NCBI GenBank assembly: GCA_963708075.1
Contig: OY970194.1
Span: forward strand, 4,384,001 to 4,448,000
Source: Sedimentisphaerales bacterium
GTDB taxonomy: Bacteria; Planctomycetota; Phycisphaerae; Sedimentisphaerales; Anaerobacaceae
DNA length: 64,000 nucleotides
Direction of reading: 5' to 3'
Part shown: piece by piece, positions 60,931 through 64,000 of the stretch
How positions within the stretch are numbered: position 1 is the stretch's first letter
Layout: every line of letters begins with the position of its first letter
The notes under the pieces: model-generated
Told to the model about the DNA's origin: nothing
The model's input: only the letters and a program-made list of their open reading frames with translations
Database searches by the model: none
Position numbers and translations under genes: made by a program

Positions 60931-61075
60931 ACAAGACCGCTCCTTTCTCTAATCTCGCAACGCAACAGAATGAAGTGTCCGCCCATGGAATTCTGAACTC
61001 CAAAGACGGTTGACGTTCCGCGGCCACAAGGGAGTCTCATCAAAGGTGCTGCATCAGGCCGTCCAACAAATGACC

Positions 61076-61104
61076 ATTCTACAAGAATCACTGCGGTGCG
61101 TCAA
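61076..61104 (-). promoter_or_regulatory. Candidate sigma70 promoter for the PEGA lipoprotein
   Basis: TTGACG-17nt-TAGAAT, directly adjacent to the ~255-bp repeat. Confidence 0.55.
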
Positions 61105-61106
61105 TA

Positions 61107-61362
61107 GGGTGAGGGGGCCGTGTCTTCATTGTTCATTATTCGGGAGCGGCGTAGGGCTCGTGGCACAACCGCCGGCACCGGCAAAGCGGGCACCTGTTCC
61201 AGGGACGCGGCTCATCCTCCGTGCCGGGTCAACGCCATCGGCAAGCTCCGAGGACTCCGCTTGCCGCTGCCACCCGGCATAAGTCTTGACTGTATAAGAG
61301 CGTACATCCACCTTCTGCTTATGCGTAAACACTCAGGGCCGTAAGTCCACGAACTACAAGGG
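61107..61362. repeat. ~255-bp direct repeat, copy 1
   Basis: Highly similar to 62227-62475 (shared GCCGTGTCTTCATTGTTCATTATTCGGGAGCGGCGTA...CTACAAGGG). Confidence 0.95.
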
Positions 61363-61418
61363 AATTCCGGCAATATCTTACTTATTTGGGTCTTAAATTG
61401 AGTATGGCGTCCCCAGAT
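61361..61418 (-). repeat. GGGGAC-family imperfect palindrome
   Basis: Minus strand ATCTGGGGACGCCATACTCAATT...GTAAGATATTGCCGGAATTCC aligns with 60296-60350. Confidence 0.75.
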
Positions 61419-61438
61419 ACCAACGCCTAACATGCGCC

Positions 61439-62060
61439 TTAAGGCCTTCCGTCCTCCGGCACTCGGAACTTGCGGTTGGGGTCCTTCATCGCGTCCTCTC
61501 GCGTCACTTGAATGCGCTCCGTCCATTTGGGATTGCCCGTCACATCTTCAATCCAGAACTGGACCGGAGCATACGGGTAGCTTGCCCCGAGGCCATACTT
61601 GAGAGCATAAGAATGACCGGCCGCGAACTCGTAAGCAAGGCGCACAGGCTCCTTCGTAAAGGTCATAGCGATACTGGGCTCACCACTGAAATACAGCACC
61701 TCAAGCACGTGCCGGCCGGGCAGCAACTCGACGAGCCCCACAGCCAGTCGGATGTCGGACACTATCTGCGGCATCCCATTGATTATCTTGGGGTGTGTGT
61801 GCGCTCCGAGAACCACCGTGAGGGTACGCCTCCTTGCGCGGGACCGGAGGCCTGAATCCTGGATGACCCTCAATAGAAACCAGCACGTTCCTCTGAACGA
61901 CCAGGTAGGAGATCTCAGAGAGAGGTTTTGGCGAGCCGCTGTAGCTTTGGTTGACTTCGTGATCGTTGAAGGCGCACCCGCTTGCCAACAGGACCAGGAG
62001 CAGCCAACCCCATAAGCTCAGAGTGCATCGACCGGCAGAGATGCGATTTGTCATATCCAT
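61439..62060 (-). CDS. Lipoprotein, hypothetical (frameshift between ~61760 and 61870)
   Basis: AGGAG RBS; LASGC lipobox and YSG.PKP in ORF 61701..62078; VELLPGRHVLEV..F.AGHSY C-terminus in ORF 61439..61873. Confidence 0.65.
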
Positions 62061-62162
62061 CGGGCTCCTAAGAGACACTGACGGGGAACTGAGCGTCTAA
62101 GCCACATTTGTTATAGTCATTTCCCGGCCCCCAAAGCTGTCACGCTCGGCTTGGCCAGCAGT

Positions 62163-62191
62163 ATTGTAGTCAAGATTCGGGCTTTGGACAA
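62163..62191 (-). promoter_or_regulatory. Candidate sigma70 promoter
   Basis: TTGTCC-17nt-TACAAT, ~100 nt upstream of ATG 62060. Confidence 0.4.
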
Positions 62192-62226
62192 GGCGAAAAA
62201 GTGAATAGTGCGTGAGGGGGCCGCGG

Positions 62227-62475
62227 GGGTGAGGGAGCCGTGTCTTCATTGTTCATTATTCGGGAGCGGCGTACGGCTCGTGGCACAACCGCCGGCAAAG
62301 CGGGCGTCTGTTCCAGGGACGCGGCTCATCCTGCGTGTCGGGGCAACGCCATCGGCAAGCCCGAGGACTCCGCTTGCCGCTGCTACCCGGCATAAGTCGT
62401 GACCATATAAGCGCTTACATCCACCTTCTGCTTATGCGCAAACACTCAGGGCCGTAAGTCCCCGATCTACAAGGG
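62227..62475. repeat. ~250-bp direct repeat, copy 2
   Basis: See 61107-61362. Confidence 0.95.
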
Positions 62476-62565
62476 CTTTCAGGTATTTTCACCGTCTAAC
62501 TTAAATCCATGCAACAATCGGGTCCGGCGAGCGTCTCTAGTATATGGTCTGTAGACCAGCTCTCA

Positions 62566-62672
62566 AATCAAGAATCAAACATCACAAATCAAACGTCAGA
62601 AATCGAAAATCGAAGCCCATAAATCCGGGAGAAGGCGGCAGGCTGGAGGCCGGAGACCGCAGGCGGGAGGCA
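62566..62672 (+). repeat. Two heptamer tandem runs: (AATCAAA)-type x7 and (GGAGGCC)-type x6
   Basis: 62566-62614 and 62631-62672, strict 7-bp period with degenerate units. Confidence 0.8.
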
Positions 62673-62687
62673 ACTACCAACATGGCG

Positions 62688-63459
62688 TGCAAAACAAAGC
62701 CAATTGGGCAGGCCGGGGCCCTGGGAGTGCGGAATACGGAATGCGGAGTGCGGAATCGAGGCGAGGAGCGGGTGAGCGAGTCTGCGAAACAAACCCAATC
62801 TGGTGGGGACCGGCGAATGCGGATTAGAGAATCATGCAAAACAAAGCCAATCCGGTGGCAGGCCAGGGCCCTGGGAGTGCGGAATACGGAATGCGGAGTG
62901 CGGAATGAAGGCGGGGAGCGATAGATGAGTTTGCGGAACAAAGCCAATGGCCGGGGACGGGCCCCGGACAACAGGCCGGGCGAGTGTTGGGCACAGCGCA
63001 TCCTACACGAGGACCGACGTATGAAACAAAGCCAAACTTGGGCGGGATGGGGCACTTGGGGGAGGGGACATTGCGTGCGGGGTGGTTCGGCGACGCGGCG
63101 GAATCCGCGAAACAAAGCCAATTTGGCGGGCGGGGCCCTGGGAATGCGGAGTGCGGAATGCGGAATGAGAGGCAGGGGTCGGGGACCAGGGACCAGGCGG
63201 TGGCGACGTTCGGTGGAGGGCGGATGGATGAGTTTGCGAAACAAAGCCAATGTGCCGGGGACCAGCCGCCGGGTCAGGGGAGCCACACGGCAGATCGCGA
63301 AACAAAGCCAATTTCGACAATCCAGCAGTCACAGGCGGAGGGTCAGGTCTGCGAAACAAAGCCAATGTGCCGGGGGGGCGGAATAACTGTAACCACTTAT
63401 GCAGAAAAGAGTTATGAGCGAACCGCATCGGTCCTGTCTGGAGAGAAACAAAGCCAATT
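62688..63459 (+). repeat. Array of 10 GCRAAACAAAGCCAAT repeats with variable G-rich spacers (non-CRISPR)
   Basis: Copies start at ~62688, 62783, 62835, 62932, 63020, 63106, 63235, 63296, 63350 and 63442. Confidence 0.95.
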
Positions 63460-63546
63460 TGGGGCGTGGGCCTGTCTGCCCGGCCTGTGCGGCGGGGCGG
63501 AGGATGCCACGGGGCTGTCGCGGGGAGGAATTCGGCGCGGGATGCA

Positions 63547-63574
63547 TTGACAAGCCTTGCGGCGTGGTTACCAT
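63547..63574 (+). promoter_or_regulatory. Candidate sigma70 promoter
   Basis: TTGACA-16nt-TACCAT upstream of ATG 63635. Confidence 0.4.
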
Positions 63575-63634
63575 GGGTGGATGGGAACGTAAGCTCTGTC
63601 ATCATTCTTTTTCAAGTACTGGAGGTACAAGACC

Positions 63635-64000
63635 ATGAGAGCTGTATGTGCAGGTATGTTGCTGATGGCGATGGCTGTTGCGGGTTGTGCGTCGAGCAGC
63701 GGCGAGAGCTATGCCGCCGTCGGCTACAACTTCGGTGGCCTCGACAAAGTGGCGATCATCGAGGTCACCGGCCGCGTCTATGGCGACGCCGCCAAGAACC
63801 AGATCGCCAACATGTTCGTGATGGAGCTGATGAAAAAGGGCTACACCGTCGTCGAGCGCTCCCAGGTGAAGGCCCTTCTGAAGGAGCAGGAATTCCAGGC
63901 GTCGGATCTCGCCAGCGACCAGGGCGCCGCCAAAGCAGGCCAGATCCTCAACGTGCCCGCCGTCGTGATGATCGACATCCCCAAGTACGATAGTCAGAAG
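63635..64000 (+). CDS. CsgG/HfaB-family lipoprotein (3' partial; not in the ORF track)
   Basis: GGAGG RBS; MRAVCAGMLLMAMAVAGC lipobox; KVAII, GYTVVERSQVKALLKEQEF, AAKAGQILNV. Confidence 0.75.
   Translation, partial: MRAVCAGMLLMAMAVAGCASSSGESYAAVGYNFGGLDKVAIIEVTGRVYGDAAKNQIANMFVMELMKKGYTVVERSQVKALLKEQEFQASDLASDQGAAKAGQILNVPAVVMIDIPKYDSQK

Noticed and set aside
56817..62475. Canonical integron with attC sites
   Set aside because: No integrase in the window, no clear RYYYAAC/GTTRRRY ends, inconsistent element orientation, and the genes carry their own promoters.
61107..62475. Diversity-generating retroelement TR/VR pair
   Set aside because: Both copies are non-coding, the differences are not confined to adenines, and no reverse transcriptase is present.
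62688..63459. CRISPR array
   Set aside because: The repeat is only ~16 nt, spacer lengths vary more than twofold, spacers repeat one another, and there are no cas genes.
62544..63605. ORFs over the repeat array (e.g. 62582..63286, 62925..63386, 62984..63550, 63003..63605)
   Set aside because: They are open in several frames on both strands, consist of translated repeats (RNKAN/KQSQ/ETKP) and have no RBS or domain signal.
63466..63993. ORF 63466..63993 as the terminal gene
   Set aside because: The overlapping frame from ATG 63635 has an RBS, a lipobox and CsgG-like motifs and runs off the window edge.

Overview
GC-rich bacterial DNA, inferred to be Planctomycetota (probably Phycisphaerae/Sedimentisphaerales) from the DUF1559-type prepilins and large modular discoidin/LamG surface proteins. 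(1) 1-19.4 kb: a + strand Wzx/Wzy-type polysaccharide cluster. It ends in an unusual module: 2-oxoacid-dehydrogenase E1alpha and E1beta, a lipoyl/E3-binding/PglD-NeuD acyltransferase fusion, and a DegT aminotransferase. (2) 19.4-56.4 kb: glycan-utilisation genes. These are two GH51 (one internally deleted), a mannan operon (SSS transporter, GH5, cellobiose 2-epimerase, GH130), GH28, four paralogous ~1000-aa modular secreted proteins, two prepilin-like proteins, an orphan GspE/PilB ATPase and a UroD-family protein. A complete IS4-family element sits inside a REP-like palindrome. (3) 56.4-64 kb: a variable island with an AT-richer AbiTii-like + TIR gene pair, lipoprotein genes separated by repeated elements, and a non-CRISPR array of ten AAACAAAGCCAA-core repeats. 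Several palindrome (REP/REPIN-like) families and 7-bp-periodic tandem repeats occur throughout, one of them in frame inside a GH51 gene. About eight single-base frameshifts in otherwise intact genes suggest sequencing or assembly indels. No rRNA, tRNA or CRISPR array was recognised. All family calls are by motif inspection; no database searches were run.
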